A stretch of 64,000 nucleotides of DNA from Eledone cirrhosa (taxonomy: Eukaryota): assembly GCA_964016885.1 (NCBI GenBank), contig OZ024740.1:20832001-20896000 (forward strand). The letters are read 5' to 3'. The notes under the pieces were generated by a model. The model made no database searches, was not told the origin of the DNA, and saw only the letters and a list, made by a program, of their open reading frames with translations. The position numbers and the translations under genes are program-made. This document shows positions 1-12,691 of the stretch, one piece after another. The first letter of the stretch is position 1. Every line of letters begins with the position of its first letter.

Positions 1-648
1 ATCCCTACACCACCACCACTACTACACCACCACCACCACCACCACCACCACTACTACTACAGCCATCCCTACACCACCACCACTACTACAACACCACCAC
101 CACCACCACCACCACTACTACTACAGCCATCCCTACACCACCACCACTACTACAACACCACCACCACCACCACCACCACTACTACTACAGCCATCCCTAC
201 ACCACCACCACTACTACAACACCACCACCACCACCACCACCACTACTACTACAGCCATCCCTACACCACCACCACTACTACAACACCACCACCACCACCA
301 CCACCACTACTACTACAGCCATCCCTACACCACCACCACTACTACAACACCACCACCACCACCACCACCACTACTATTACAGCCATCCCTACACCACCAC
401 CACTACTACAACACCACCACCACCACCACCACCACTACTACTACAGCCATCCCTACACCACCACCACTACTACAACACCACCACCACCACCACCACCACT
501 ACTACTACAGCCATCCCTACACCACCACCACTACTACAACACCACCACCACCACCACCACCACTACTACTACAGCCATCCCTACACCACCACCACTACTA
601 CAACACCACCACCACCACCACCACCACTACTACTACAGCCATCCCTAC
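1..648. repeat. 64-bp minisatellite (CAC/TAC-rich), about 10 copies
   Basis: Unit acagccatccctacaccaccaccactactacaacaccaccaccaccaccaccaccactactact recurs with a 64-nt period; it runs off the window start. Confidence 0.9.
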
Positions 649-771
649 AACCCAAAACAACAACTATTAGACAAAACAACAAAAGCCAGTTCAGTTGACA
701 CTATGACATTAGTTTTAACTATCAACCCGACCATCATGACTATCAGCCGTCAACCATCGTCACCTTCTAGC

Positions 772-812
<41 letters not shown>

Positions 813-859
813 GTCAGCATCGTTATCATCATCATCATCATCGTAAAGTTTGATTAACC

Positions 860-968
860 ATGGAGAAAACCAAAAAAGCAATCCGGGATAATTTGAAATG
901 GAGAGGATTTGTAATTACCGTTGGAGGAATGTTGGTGCACATGACCCTCGGTTCCATGTTTACGTTTG
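860..968 (+). CDS. MFS transporter (OxlT/oxalate:formate antiporter-like), coding exon 1
   Basis: ATG at 860 in accATGg context; reads MEKTKKAIRDNLKWRGFVITVGGMLVHMTLGSMFTF(G), a TM1-like segment; donor G|gtaggt at 969 (phase 1) joins exon 2 in frame. Confidence 0.85.
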
Positions 969-1016
969 GTAGGTGACATTTTATTATCATTTAAAAAACA
1001 AATATCCTTCTTCTTG

Positions 1017-1162
1017 TCCTCCATAATTTCATACGAATGAAATAGTTTTAGACACTATAAACTAAAGACGCTTATAATATATACTCTACCAATGTATTGA
1101 GTACTTTCTCTAACTGTGGTCACCTCCAGATCCCCTTCGTCCGGAATCTACTTATTGTATAT
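1017..1162 (+). mobile_element. Degenerate Penelope-like terminal repeat with decayed hammerhead
   Basis: Aligns by eye with 42980-43115 (tttcNNNcgaatGAAA-Yagtt-tag...; atgtattgagtac; ggAatctac), but the CTGATGA core has decayed. Confidence 0.5.
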
Positions 1163-1165
1163 AGA

Positions 1166-1560
1166 TCTTCTTCTTCTTCTTCTTCTTCTTCTTCTTCTTC
1201 TTCTTCTTCTTCTTCTTCTTCTTCTTCTTCTTCTTCTTCTTCTTCTTCTTCTTCTTCTTCTTCTTCTTCTTCTTCACCCATTAATTCCAGATGAGAGGGA
1301 TGTCGTGGAGGGGCCAGACTTCTCAAGTAAGCCTTCCAGCAGGTTCTGTCAGAAACAAACGTCTCTAACTGATCCGGCTGGATCCCCAAGCGAGACCAGC
1401 CGAGCTCATCGATGTTATCCAACAATCTTGCTCAGAGTTTATCTCTAGGTCTCCTCTCAGTTAGTTTTGCCCGTAAAAATCTATCCAGCGGTTCTTTCTT
1501 TTTACATTCTAACCTCATGTTCGCAGTATCAAGGCTGTGATCTCTCAATCCGGAGAGGTA
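1166..1560 (-). mobile_element. RTE-clade LINE 3' fragment with (GAA)n tail
   Basis: Reads LDNIDELGWSRLGIQPDQLETFVSDRTCWK..., then (GAA)n; same family as 30395-30600 and 55310-56520. Confidence 0.7.
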
Positions 1561-1699
1561 GCAGCTCTACCTGGAGTAATCCCTGATTTTCGAGGGGAAA
1601 CGCTGGCAGATAAGTAAGTCTGGAACAGGCTTGCGTACACTATTGCATCCAAAATTCAGGTTTGCGGTCGTGCCAGTAGCAGTGGAGACTACTGGTGTC

Positions 1700-1880
1700 C
1701 TTGGCCCTAGGACCACTTCCCTATTCACCACCACCGGCACGGAGTTGGCTACCCCACAGGTGTGAGCCTCGTGAACTGGAATGGCCCTTCCAACGCCTCT
1801 CCCTCACTATCCTACGGGGAAATGCCTTCTCTATTTTGTCCGCCGGGTCAGTGGGGCGGCCAGCTCGTGGACCCATATTT
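1700..1880 (+). mobile_element. CRE-like RLE LINE 3' fragment
   Basis: RELEWPFQRLSLTILRGNAFSILS matches the CRE-type C-terminal QRxSxAxxRGNA motif; related copies at 6340-6470 (+) and 7100-7225 (-). Confidence 0.6.
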
Positions 1881-3132
1881 GTTTAAATTAGTGAGAGATA
1901 GGCAGAGTGAGAGAGACAGAGGCAGTGACAATGGGAATTTGTCTCTATTATATTCAGTCCTTGTCAGGAATTATTTGTTTATGTATTTCAATTGTTGTAC
2001 TCCCAGATATTTAACGTCTCATCCGAGACAATCTTCGATCTAATGAGGTTCTAGCTTCTATAAAACTATCAACTAACTTTTTTAATATTTTAATCTTTTG
2101 GGGTGATTTTTTCCATTTTGAGTTATATTGGATATCTGTGTGTCTTCTATAGCTTCAGGTCGACTAAAGCCTGGTGTATGGATTTTGGTAGACAGAAACT
2201 GTGTATCGGGTCAACTGTTTCAGTTGTTGGGTTGAAGACTTAATCTATCACCCAGTTTAACACCCCCAACTGGTCCTTAATTGATTTTAACTGGGGTCAA
2301 TAGAATGGACGTTCCCCTTCTCCAGGCTACTTGGTGGTACCAATGTTAAAAACAATTATTGTTACTATTAGTGTGCGGTTGACAACTTCCAGATCAGTTT
2401 TAAACCTAAGGTGCTACAGCCATAACCCTCCCGTCTTTTATTATTCAAGCAAAGTCTGTTTATATGTACTTCTTATTAATAATAATAGGGCGGGATTAGA
2501 GGAAGATTTGACTGCTTTTTCAGTTTGTTTCAATACAAACATCTCTGTTTAGTAGCTGTTCCATGATAGGTTTCCCCCTCATAAATTATATTTCGGAATT
2601 TCCTTTGTGAATTAGACATATCTAATGCACTTTTATATTATATATATATATAAATATATATATGTATATATATATATGTATGTGTGTGTATGTATGTCTG
2701 TGTGTGTGCCTGTGTGTGTGTGTGTGTGTGTGTGTGTGAGTGTGCCTGTGTGTAGTATGACTTTGCACATCTATATTAAACTTTTTAAATAAATATATAT
2801 ATATATAGGTATGTATGTATACGTACATACATATATATATACATACGTACAGTAGTATGTATATATATACATGCATGCACACACATATATATATGTACGT
2901 ATCGGTTTACCGAATATTTACTATAATATTCGGTTTGTTTGTTTGTAAACCGGTAAACCGATACGTACATATATATATGTGTGCATGTATGTATATATAT
3001 ACATACTACGGTACGTCTGTATACATATATGTATGTACGTATACATACTTATATTTAAGTGACGGCCGTACTAAGAGTGAGAAATGAAATTTCGTTTCAT
3101 TCTTTTCCATTTATATATATATATATATATAT

Positions 3133-3697
3133 ATAAATATTTCGTTTCTGAATTTGTTTAGCAAGATTCTTTATCTGAAAACGTGTGTTGAAACCGATAT
3201 TGTTATTCTTTGGGAGGGTCATGTTGCCAATAAGAAACACACGCACCAATTGATTTCACTTCAATTTATTATAATAAATTCATAAATTTAGGAATTTATA
3301 AATTTCCGGTTGGTTGTTTGGTTCCACAACCAGATGGTTGTTTATATATTGTCAGAGTTCTTTCGTCACACATTCTGTGACTTCTTCAGTGACTGTGGAT
3401 TCTTTTCTTTATTTTTTGTGCCTCTCCTTTGTTCTGTCCTACGCCATCTTGTTTTTGGCGTAGGACAGAACAAAGGAGAGGCACAAAACACAAAGAAAAG
3501 AATCCCCAGTCACTGAAGAGGTCACAGAATGTGTGACGAAAGAACTTTGACAATATATAAACAACCATCTGGTTGTGGAACCAACCAACCAACCGGAAAT
3601 TTATAAATTACTAAATTTATAAATTTATTACAATAAATTGAAGTGAAAGCAATTGGTGCGTGTGTTTCTTATTGGCAACATGACCCTCCCAAAGTAT

Positions 3698-3705
<8 letters not shown>
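3133..3705. mobile_element. Penelope-like foldback (inverted pLTRs, arms about 250 bp) with two hammerheads and a tail extension
   Basis: 3197-3445 is the near-exact reverse complement of 3457-3705; the terminal motif atgaccctcccaaagtataacaatat and the tail 3133-3196 resemble 20275-20350 of the GIY-YIG-bearing element; flanked by (TA)n. Confidence 0.8.
3351..3393 (-). ncRNA. Type I hammerhead ribozyme (minimal, Penelope-type)
   Basis: gtca-CTGAAGA-a-gtcaca(gaatg)tgtgac-GAAA-g(aa)c-TC/tgac: stems I and II pair, CUC cleavage triplet; mirror copy on + at 3509-3551 has CUU. Confidence 0.75.
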
Positions 3706-3745
<40 letters not shown>

Positions 3746-3748
<3 letters not shown>

Positions 3749-4545
3749 TATGTACACGTACATACATATATGTATACAGACGTACAGTAGTATGTATATA
3801 TATATACATACATGCACACATATATATATACGTATGGATTCACCGAACATTTATTATAATGCTCGGTGTGTTTGTAAACAAACATCCCGTATTAAGCCGT
3901 AGTGTCTAACAACCATCGTTGCTCGTTTGTTCAACACTGACAAAGGAACGCTGTACTAGTTTCAAGCTTATTAGCTATCGTCAGCAACGTATACCTTCCT
4001 GCCAGATTGTTGAACGTCTGAAAGTATATACTTACCTCATGCATATTAACGGCTGAGCAGCCCAATTTGCATATCGAGTGGGTTAACAGGCCGGGTGCAC
4101 CGAAAACGATAAACGGAAAAAATGAAACGAAATTTCATTTCCAACTCTTACTACGGCCGTCACTTAAATATAAGTATGTACACGTACATACATATATGTA
4201 TACAGACGTACAGTGGTATGTATATATATATACATACATGCACATATATATATATATACGTATGGATTCACCGAACATTTATTATAATGCTCGGTGTGTT
4301 TGTAAACAAACATCCCGTATTAAGCCGTAATGTCTAGCAACCATCGTTGCTCGTTTGTTCAACACTGACAAAGGAACGCTGTACTAGTTTCAAGTACATA
4401 TATATATATGTGTGCTTGTATGTATATATATATACATACTACTGTACGTCTGTATACATATATGTATGTACGTGTACATACTTATATTTAAGTAACAGCC
4501 GAACTAAGAGTGAGAAATGAAATTTCGTTTCATTTTTTCCGTTTA
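3746..4545. mobile_element. Tandem and inverted copies of a ~430-bp non-autonomous repeat
   Basis: Head-to-tail units 3746-4112 and 4113-4395, then an inverted partial unit to 4545; further copies at 2815-3110 and 18628-19060; terminal hairpin aaatgaaa-tttcg-tttcattt. Confidence 0.65.
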
Positions 4546-4637
4546 TATATATATATATTTATTTAAAAAGTTTAATATAAATGTGCAAAGTCATACTACA
4601 CACAGGCACACTCACAACCATATTAATCTTCATTCTT

Positions 4638-4713
<76 letters not shown>

Positions 4714-4786
4714 ACAAAATAAGATACTGAGCTTACATAGATCGTTTACCAAAACAATCCCTTTTGAACACAATATATATATATAT

Positions 4787-5735
4787 AGTTAAAGAATGAA
4801 GATTAACATGGCTGGCTGTACAATAAGGGCTTTATTTAAAGTACTGACAATTGTTTCGTTGATCAGGTGGGTCTAGAGTTCGCTAATCGCTTGATGTTGC
4901 GTTATTCGATCTCCAATACATTATTCACCTGTAGAGGGTCGGACGCCATGCTTTCCAGCATAGTTACGTCCCTTTACGATCTGAGTTTGCCTTTCATCCT
5001 TACGGGGTCGATAAACTAAAGTACCAGTAATGTACTGGGATAATTGCTGGCCTTGTGCCTAACGTAGACACAATTATTCACCTATGGTCAACACTTCAGA
5101 GTTATGTAGATATGAAAATAATTCACTCGAGGCAAGACTTATATAGAGAAATATTGTATAATTAAAACAATAACATCAATAATAAAATAGCGTATAATTA
5201 AAACAATAACATCAATAATAATACATGTATGGTAAATAGGTAGAGAAGTTACAGATGTAAAAAGTAAAAGTAGAATAAAAGATAGGGTACATTAAAAAGT
5301 AAGAAAATGAGAGAATGGAAAATATAAAGAGATAAATAAATAAATAAGTGAGATCGTGTAAGTACTCTATATAAGTCTTGGCTCGAGTGAATTATTTTCA
5401 TATCTACATGCTCTGATGTGTTGACCATAGGTGAATAATGTATTGGAGATCGAATAACGCAACACCAAGCGATTAGCGAACTCTAGACCCACCTGATCAA
5501 CGAAACAATTGTCAGTACTTTAAATAAAGCCCTTATTGTACAGCCAACCATGTTACTCTTCATTCTTTAACTATTATTACTCCAAGTATAACCTGCATAA
5601 AAATTACCGCGAACTCGCTGCCTAACTATGGAAGCATCTTGTTGAGTCAAAACAAGCCTACGCTAAAATTATCCACGACGCAGAGCACTCACAACCTCTA
5701 ACTGGATTACCTATAACGATAATTTGTTATCCTAT
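4787..5735 (+). mobile_element. Penelope-like foldback element with inverted terminal repeats and tail; SINE inserted in left arm
   Basis: 4787-4930 plus 5084-5102 is reverse-complementary to about 5411-5572; a SINE piece 4931-5083 is flanked by duplicated attattcacct; hammerhead-like motif at 5409-5517; flanked by (TA)n. Confidence 0.7.
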
Positions 5736-5747
5736 ATATATATATAT

Positions 5748-5783
<36 letters not shown>

Positions 5784-5824
5784 TATAGATATATAGATAT
5801 GTGCCCACGTGTGTGTGTGTGTGT

Positions 5825-5859
<35 letters not shown>

Positions 5860-5914
5860 AACGAAATCACTAAGACAACAATATTACTAAACCGACTACC
5901 GTCGGTTTAGGATA

Positions 5915-6125
5915 TAACGAAGGAGTTGTGCCAAGGAACCAGATGGACCATAACGCATCAGAGTACTCAATACTTAGGGTTGTAGAGTGGGTAATAGGAA
6001 TATGTATGACCCCGACGGCAGAGCTCAAGCCGTTTCGACGGCTATTTCTGGACTAAAAAAAAAAAAAAAAAAAAATATATAAATAGCCGTCGAAACGGCT
6101 TGAGCTCTGCCGTCGGGGTCATATA
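5915..6125. mobile_element. Foldback remnant of the Penelope-like family at 11816-12420
   Basis: tatgaccccgacggcagagctcaagccgtttcgacggctattt and its reverse complement flank an A-run; the upstream sequence matches 10300-10440. Confidence 0.7.
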
Positions 6126-6897
6126 TTTTCCTATATATATATATATATATATATATAGATAGATAGATAGATAGATCCTATCGTAGGTCCTAAACTCCTG
6201 ATCGAATTCTAGAGGAGCACGGTTGTGTCATGCTGTGTTCCACTTGACTCCGCTGCGGGTGTGTAACAGATGTTGGGTCTCCTTTAATGATTTCCCTGTC
6301 AACTCTTTAACCTATACATCCCTACTCACCACCATAGGCGCTGAGCTGGCCAGCCCCAGGTGTGAGCGTCGTGAGCTGGAATGGCTTTTCCAGCGCGTCT
6401 CCCTTGCCGTCCTCCGGGGAAACGCCTTCTCTATTCTGTCCGCCGGGGCTGTGGGGAGGCCACCAATATGATTGACCGACTTATCATTTCATCAGTCAAC
6501 TGTTGTTGTCGTTAGATATCTAGGTATCTGTAGGTGAACGTTGATACTCGTTTGGTTTCCTCGATCTTACAAACATCTTACACATCTGTTCACATATAAA
6601 GATTTACATAATGTACCATTGTCATCTGTATAGAAACGTACGTAGAAATAAAAAAAATGGATTGAAGTTGTTACACACAGATATATAGACCTATACCTCC
6701 ATCTTTTTCTCTGCCCACTTCTTCTCTCCCTCGCCACAGTTGTTTGTAGGATGGTCTTTTCAAGGTCACCGTATCTTGTAAAATATACGTATACATGCAT
6801 GTGTGTGTGTATGTATGAGCGTGTATTTCAAGAAATGTTCAATCACACAAATACACACACACACGCACACACACACACACACACACGCACACACACA

Positions 6898-6975
<78 letters not shown>

Positions 6976-7487
6976 GTTATGTATGGGTTAGCTGTTGGTT
7001 ACATTTGAATAAGGTATGTAACGAAATCACTTAATCTTTAACTCAACAAAATACTTCAGCAATGCTGGTATAGTCACTGCCCCCTCCGTCTCTCTCGCTC
7101 TCCCCATCTCTAACTGTTATATATAAATGTGGGCCCACACACGGGTCACCACGCGACCCCGGCGGACAGAATAGAGAAGGTGTTTCCCCGGAGGATGGTG
7201 AGGGAGACGCTTGGAAGAGACATACCATCTCAATTGTTGAGGTCTTCCAGGGCGATTGATGTGATGTTGCATTGTTTTGCGGACATGCTCCTTTTGTGCT
7301 GTATTATGTGTATGGGATATCTAAGGTATTGCGGGAGAATCCCATCTGTATCTCAGCAGTGAGGGTTCATTGTATCCCATTCATACAGGAAGATGGAAAA
7401 CACCAGTGTAGTCCGGCGTCTGATCTTCTTCATGGTGATGATCTTCACTTTTCGTATTGATTTCAGCTTGGTTAATACAACCATTAT

Positions 7488-7640
7488 AGGCGGCGAATTG
7501 GCAGAATCGTTAGAACGTCGGATAGAATGCTTTGTGATATTCGTTTCGATTCTCTGCTCTCTGAGTTGAAATCTCGCCGAGGTCAACTTTGCCTTTCGTC
7601 TTTTCGAGGTCAATAAAAAAGTACCAGTCTAGTACTGGGA
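7488..7640 (+). mobile_element. tRNA-derived SINE (abundant family in this window)
   Basis: A-box-like tggcagaatcgttaga and B-box-like gagttgaaatc, then gaggtcaactttgcctttc...aagtaccagt; further copies near 8455-8590(-), 9065-9270(-), 26890-27060(-), 30110-30235(-), 31040-31250(+), 40725-40940(+), 63340-63470(-). Confidence 0.75.
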
Positions 7641-9445
7641 TAGTTTTTTTCCTCTATATCTCTTCCTATTTCTCTCACCCTCTATTCTTCTCTGGAAGAA
7701 ATCTGCTGTATTCAGGCCTGGAGAGGATATGGACTTCAACAGGTTAAAACATGTCCTAGAAACACCGTATGTCAATATGGCGTCCCTACAACGCCCTCGT
7801 GAGTTACGGGTGCATAAATGATTAAAAGAAATATTGTCCAAAATGCCGAATATTCTGCCAACATTTGTACCCCTAACTTTCTCTGTTCAGCGTCAGACAG
7901 TGTGTGACAAGGCTCAACCTCTGGATTACATATATAGTCTACAGACAAGCTTCCAAACAGATTCCTTCTACTCACTTTCACCCACGAAGCTTGGATCCAC
8001 CCAAGATGTCTAATTTCTGCAGTCTAAGGTCTGTAAGTCAGAAGGTTCGTTAGGCCGGTGCTTATCCCGGTTTCATGGCGTGAAACGACTGAGAGTACAA
8101 GACTCCCGCTGGACAGGACGCCAGTCCATCGTAGGGTTAAACCTCCAGCTATTGCTGGTACTCATTTTCAGCTGAGTATACTGGGGCAATGTGAAATGAA
8201 GTTTTTTGTTCGAGAACACAACACGCAACCCAAGCACTAGATCCCGTGCCTCCGCACCAAAGATGAAAATAAAAATAAAAGAAAAAAAGCAGGATAGAAT
8301 CGAAAGTGCACCGTATTGACAATCGGCGTTTCTTGGGCATTTAAAGCCTGGCGGAGCCCATCCCCTCCAGGCCTGAGTACAGCAGATACATTCCAGGCAA
8401 ATCTAGAAAGTGAGAGAGAGAGAGAGGAAATGAGAAAGAGATATAGAAGAAGAATCGACCCCAGTACTAGACTGGTATTTTTTTATCGACCTCGAAAGGA
8501 CGAAAGTTGACCTCGGCAGGATTTAAACTTAGAAAGCAGAAAACCAGAAATACGGCAAAGTATTCTGATGTTTTAATGAATCTACCAGTGTCGTAATACG
8601 TTGGTGTAAAACTGGGGGAACTGCTGGACCCGAGATGTCACGTGGTCAATTCGGCCATCTTACTCCAGTTTTACACCAAGCTATGACGTCACTGGTTCCC
8701 TTACATCCTCATTCGTTTTCTTCTTCCAACTATAAATAATTCTGTTCAGTTTACTTGTTGACCATGTTGTTGTTGTTGTTGTTGTTGTTGTCTTCGTTGT
8801 TGTCATAGTTGTTGTCGTTGTTATCGTCATTATTGTCGTTGTTGTTGCCGTTGTTGTTATTTTTGATGTTGTCGACGTTACCGTTGTTGTTGTCGATGTC
8901 ATTGTTGTTGTTATCGTTGTTGTCATCGGAGTTGTTATTGTTGTCGTTGTTATTGATAGTTTTATCGCCGTCATTGTTGTTGTTGTTGTTTTCATTGTTG
9001 TCGTTGTCATTGTGGTGATGGTTTACCTCCAGATAGGCCACAATCAAACGGAACTAAAATGGCTCCTGATTTAGGCACAAGGCCAACAATTTTAAAGGAG
9101 GGGAAAGTCCATTAAATCGAACCTAGTGCATTACTGGTACATTATTTTATTGACCCTGTAAGGATGAAAGGCAAAGCTAACCTCGGCAAGATTTGAACTC
9201 AGAAAGCAAAGAGCCGTAACTCTATACTGCTAAGCATGTTGTCCGACGCTCCACCGATATTGCTAATCCAACTCCTCAAACAAAGCTGTGTTGAAAGATG
9301 TACAAGCCATCGATCTGTTTCCTCAGATCACCATTTATTCGATTCTTACACCTTTAGATAATTCTATTCAGATTAAAAAAATATATTTCTGTTGCTCTTG
9401 TTGCAGTTGTTTAACCCAAGGTCAACCGTTCTCAACCACGGTTAT

Positions 9446-9494
<49 letters not shown>

Positions 9495-9499
<5 letters not shown>

Positions 9500-9864
9500 G
9501 AATGTATGTATGTATAGTATATTTGGCAATATACCGTATGTTTAATTAAACACATTTAGAAGACCATACGCTATCGGTTTTAAAGTAGGGACTATGTCAC
9601 TTACTTCTTTTCGGAGAAAGAAGGGAGAGAGACTGACAGTCTGTTTCACGCTGGTTGGCGTTCATAAGAGCCACGTACTCCCCTGCTTCCGCCGAAAATT
9701 ATAGAAGCTGGATTCTTATAGAATTCCAATAATAGTCAGGAGCTGATTATATAGAGCGATTGCTGGTCCAGCAAAAATTAAATGTTTTTAATGAAACATA
9801 CGGTATATTGCCAAATATACTGTATATACATTCATGTATATATCGCTATTTCAGAGCACCAATC

Positions 9865-9870
<6 letters not shown>
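9495..9870. mobile_element. Small inverted-repeat element with tail in a (TA)n tract
   Basis: tagtatatttggcaatataccgtatgtttaattaaaacacattta (about 9515-9560) versus its near reverse complement at 9779-9823; the tail cgctatttcagagcaccaatcc is repeated at 9989. Confidence 0.6.
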
Positions 9871-9958
<88 letters not shown>

Positions 9959-10010
9959 CATACACACATACATACATTCATGTATATATCGCTATTTCAG
10001 AGCACCAATC

Positions 10011-10056
<46 letters not shown>

Positions 10057-10146
10057 CATACACACATACATACATTCATATATATATATACATACATACA
10101 TTCATATATATGTACATATATATATACATACATACATTCATATATA

Positions 10147-10539
<393 letters not shown>

Positions 10540-10565
10540 CATTCATATATATATATATATATATA

Positions 10566-11120
10566 TATGGTGGCTGCCAACTCGTTTTCGAGTACGGCCA
10601 CTACTTTATATCCATGTAGGAGAACCCCTACCGATGCGCTGACGAGTGTGACTTTCTAGTCCAGCCAGCGACTTGAAAACTCTGGTACAAACACTACACT
10701 TGTGACAATTATTGACATAGTGCTGGGCCCATGGTACCATGTGACGACAAGTGCAGAGAGATCTCCAGATATAAAGCAATGCCTGTGCCGTGAAGCTTTT
10801 ATAGTGAGCAAAGGCACTGCACAAAGCCAGTCCCGCTCTCTTAACCAGGATGATATTTACCAAAAAGAAGAACAAGTCAACATCATTGGATACCATCAGC
10901 GTTGCAGGTGTTATATCAGAGTTTTCCTTCTCCTAGAATTCTGCCTTGACAAAGACTAAGGGGTCATCTCTCCCGGTGATTTTGGATGGCCATTGACTCT
11001 TAAGAGGTCCTTTGCCCTTTGACAGGTTTTGTTTTTAGTCCTGCAGGATGTCCAAAGTCACCCTCCTCACCAAGAAAACTTGGTGGGGTTGCCAGTTTAG
11101 TCGCCAACGACCCGACCATG
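10566..11120 (-). mobile_element. ~550-bp non-autonomous RTE-like retroposon
   Basis: Near-identical to 34846-35400 (+); divergent relative at 18072-18620; the 3' part encodes a C2H2-like remnant CSVCTRVFKSLAGLESH, as at RTE ORF C-termini. Confidence 0.7.
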
Positions 11121-11271
11121 TATTCTTTTATCACTATGATATTTTGTAATGTATTTTACATAGATCAATAATTAAATGAACATGCAGAGGCCTACCCCCC
11201 CCCCCAGAAACGATCGTAAAATAATGTGTTTTACTATGAATTAACAGTTTTGTGTTTAATTTCATTGTTTT

Positions 11272-11362
<91 letters not shown>

Positions 11363-11394
11363 GTATATATGTATATATATATATACGTATATAT

Positions 11395-11545
<151 letters not shown>

Positions 11546-11641
11546 CATACATACATACATACATTCATATATATATATATATGTATGTATATATATATAT
11601 ATGTATATATATATGTATATATATATACATACATACATACA

Positions 11642-11691
<50 letters not shown>

Positions 11692-11697
11692 CATACA

Positions 11698-11801
<104 letters not shown>

Positions 11802-11815
11802 CATATATATATATA

Positions 11816-12414
11816 TAGGAACGAGTAGGACCCCGACGGCTGAGCTCAAGCCGTTTCGACGGCTAATTCTGGACTAAATGAACATTTTTATCCTGGTATT
11901 TGAGTAGCCGAGCTTCTCAAGGCTTTTTTTTACATTTATTTGCTTTTTAACACTCGGTATTTTTGTATGTATTTACCCCATATTGTTTTACTTATTGTTT
12001 CGACTTCCTCCTCCTCCCCCTCCCTAGTATTTTCTTTGACCTCATGCCCAGCTGTAGTCGGCACTATCAACGCATGACTGGGTCTCTTCCGCCCCCTCTC
12101 CCTCTTTCTCGTACTGGCAGGTTCAGCTACCCCTTCCCCCCACAAATTGCCATGATAGAATTATTATGTCTCAACAACAAACTTTTGACCAATCCTTGTG
12201 ACAATCACTTTTACCATATATGGAATTACCCCTTGAGAAGCTCGGCTATTCAAATACCAGGATAAACATTTTCATTTAGTCCAGAATTAGCCGTCGAAAC
12301 GGCTTGAGCTCAGCCGTCGGGGTCCTACTCGTTCCTATTACCCACTCTACTACCCTAAGTATTGAGTATTTTGGTGCGTTATGGTCCACCTGGTTCCTTA
12401 CCACATTTCCTCCG

Positions 12415-12420
<6 letters not shown>
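11816..12420 (+). mobile_element. Penelope-like element with inverted terminal repeats and tail
   Basis: 11816-11922 is reverse-complementary to 12231-12338; an ~80-nt tail follows; embedded in (TA)n. Confidence 0.75.
12228..12323 (+). ncRNA. Hammerhead ribozyme, U3-A8 core variant with extended stem II
   Basis: acccc-TTGAGAA-g..cggctattc...gaattagccg.c-GAAA-cggct(tgagctc)agccG-TC/ggggt; stems I (5 bp), II and III all pair. Confidence 0.75.
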
Positions 12421-12499
<79 letters not shown>

Positions 12500-12559
12500 G
12501 AGAGAAATATTAAAACAATGAAATTAAACACAAAACTGTTAATTCATAGTAAAACTCAA

Positions 12560-12691
12560 TATTTTACGATCGTTTCTGGGGAGTAGTCTTCTGCATGTTC
12601 ATTTAATTATTGATCTATGTAAAACATATTACAAAATATCATAGTGATAAAAGAATACATACGTCTTCACTACCCGCCGTCTTCAGAAATA
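12560..12691 (-). ncRNA. Hammerhead ribozyme with ~100-nt stem II domain
   Basis: tattt-CTGAAGA-cggcgggtagt...actactcccca-GAAA-cgatcg-TA/aaata; palindromic stem III; partial inverted copy at 11119-11280. Confidence 0.65.

Noticed and set aside
9740-9812. Possible hammerhead (ctgatta...gaaacatacggta)
   Set aside because: Core deviates and I could not find convincing stem I/II pairing.
10606-10896. C2H2 zinc-finger-like ORF as a host gene
   Set aside because: Lies inside a dispersed repeat with a second copy at 35070-35339.
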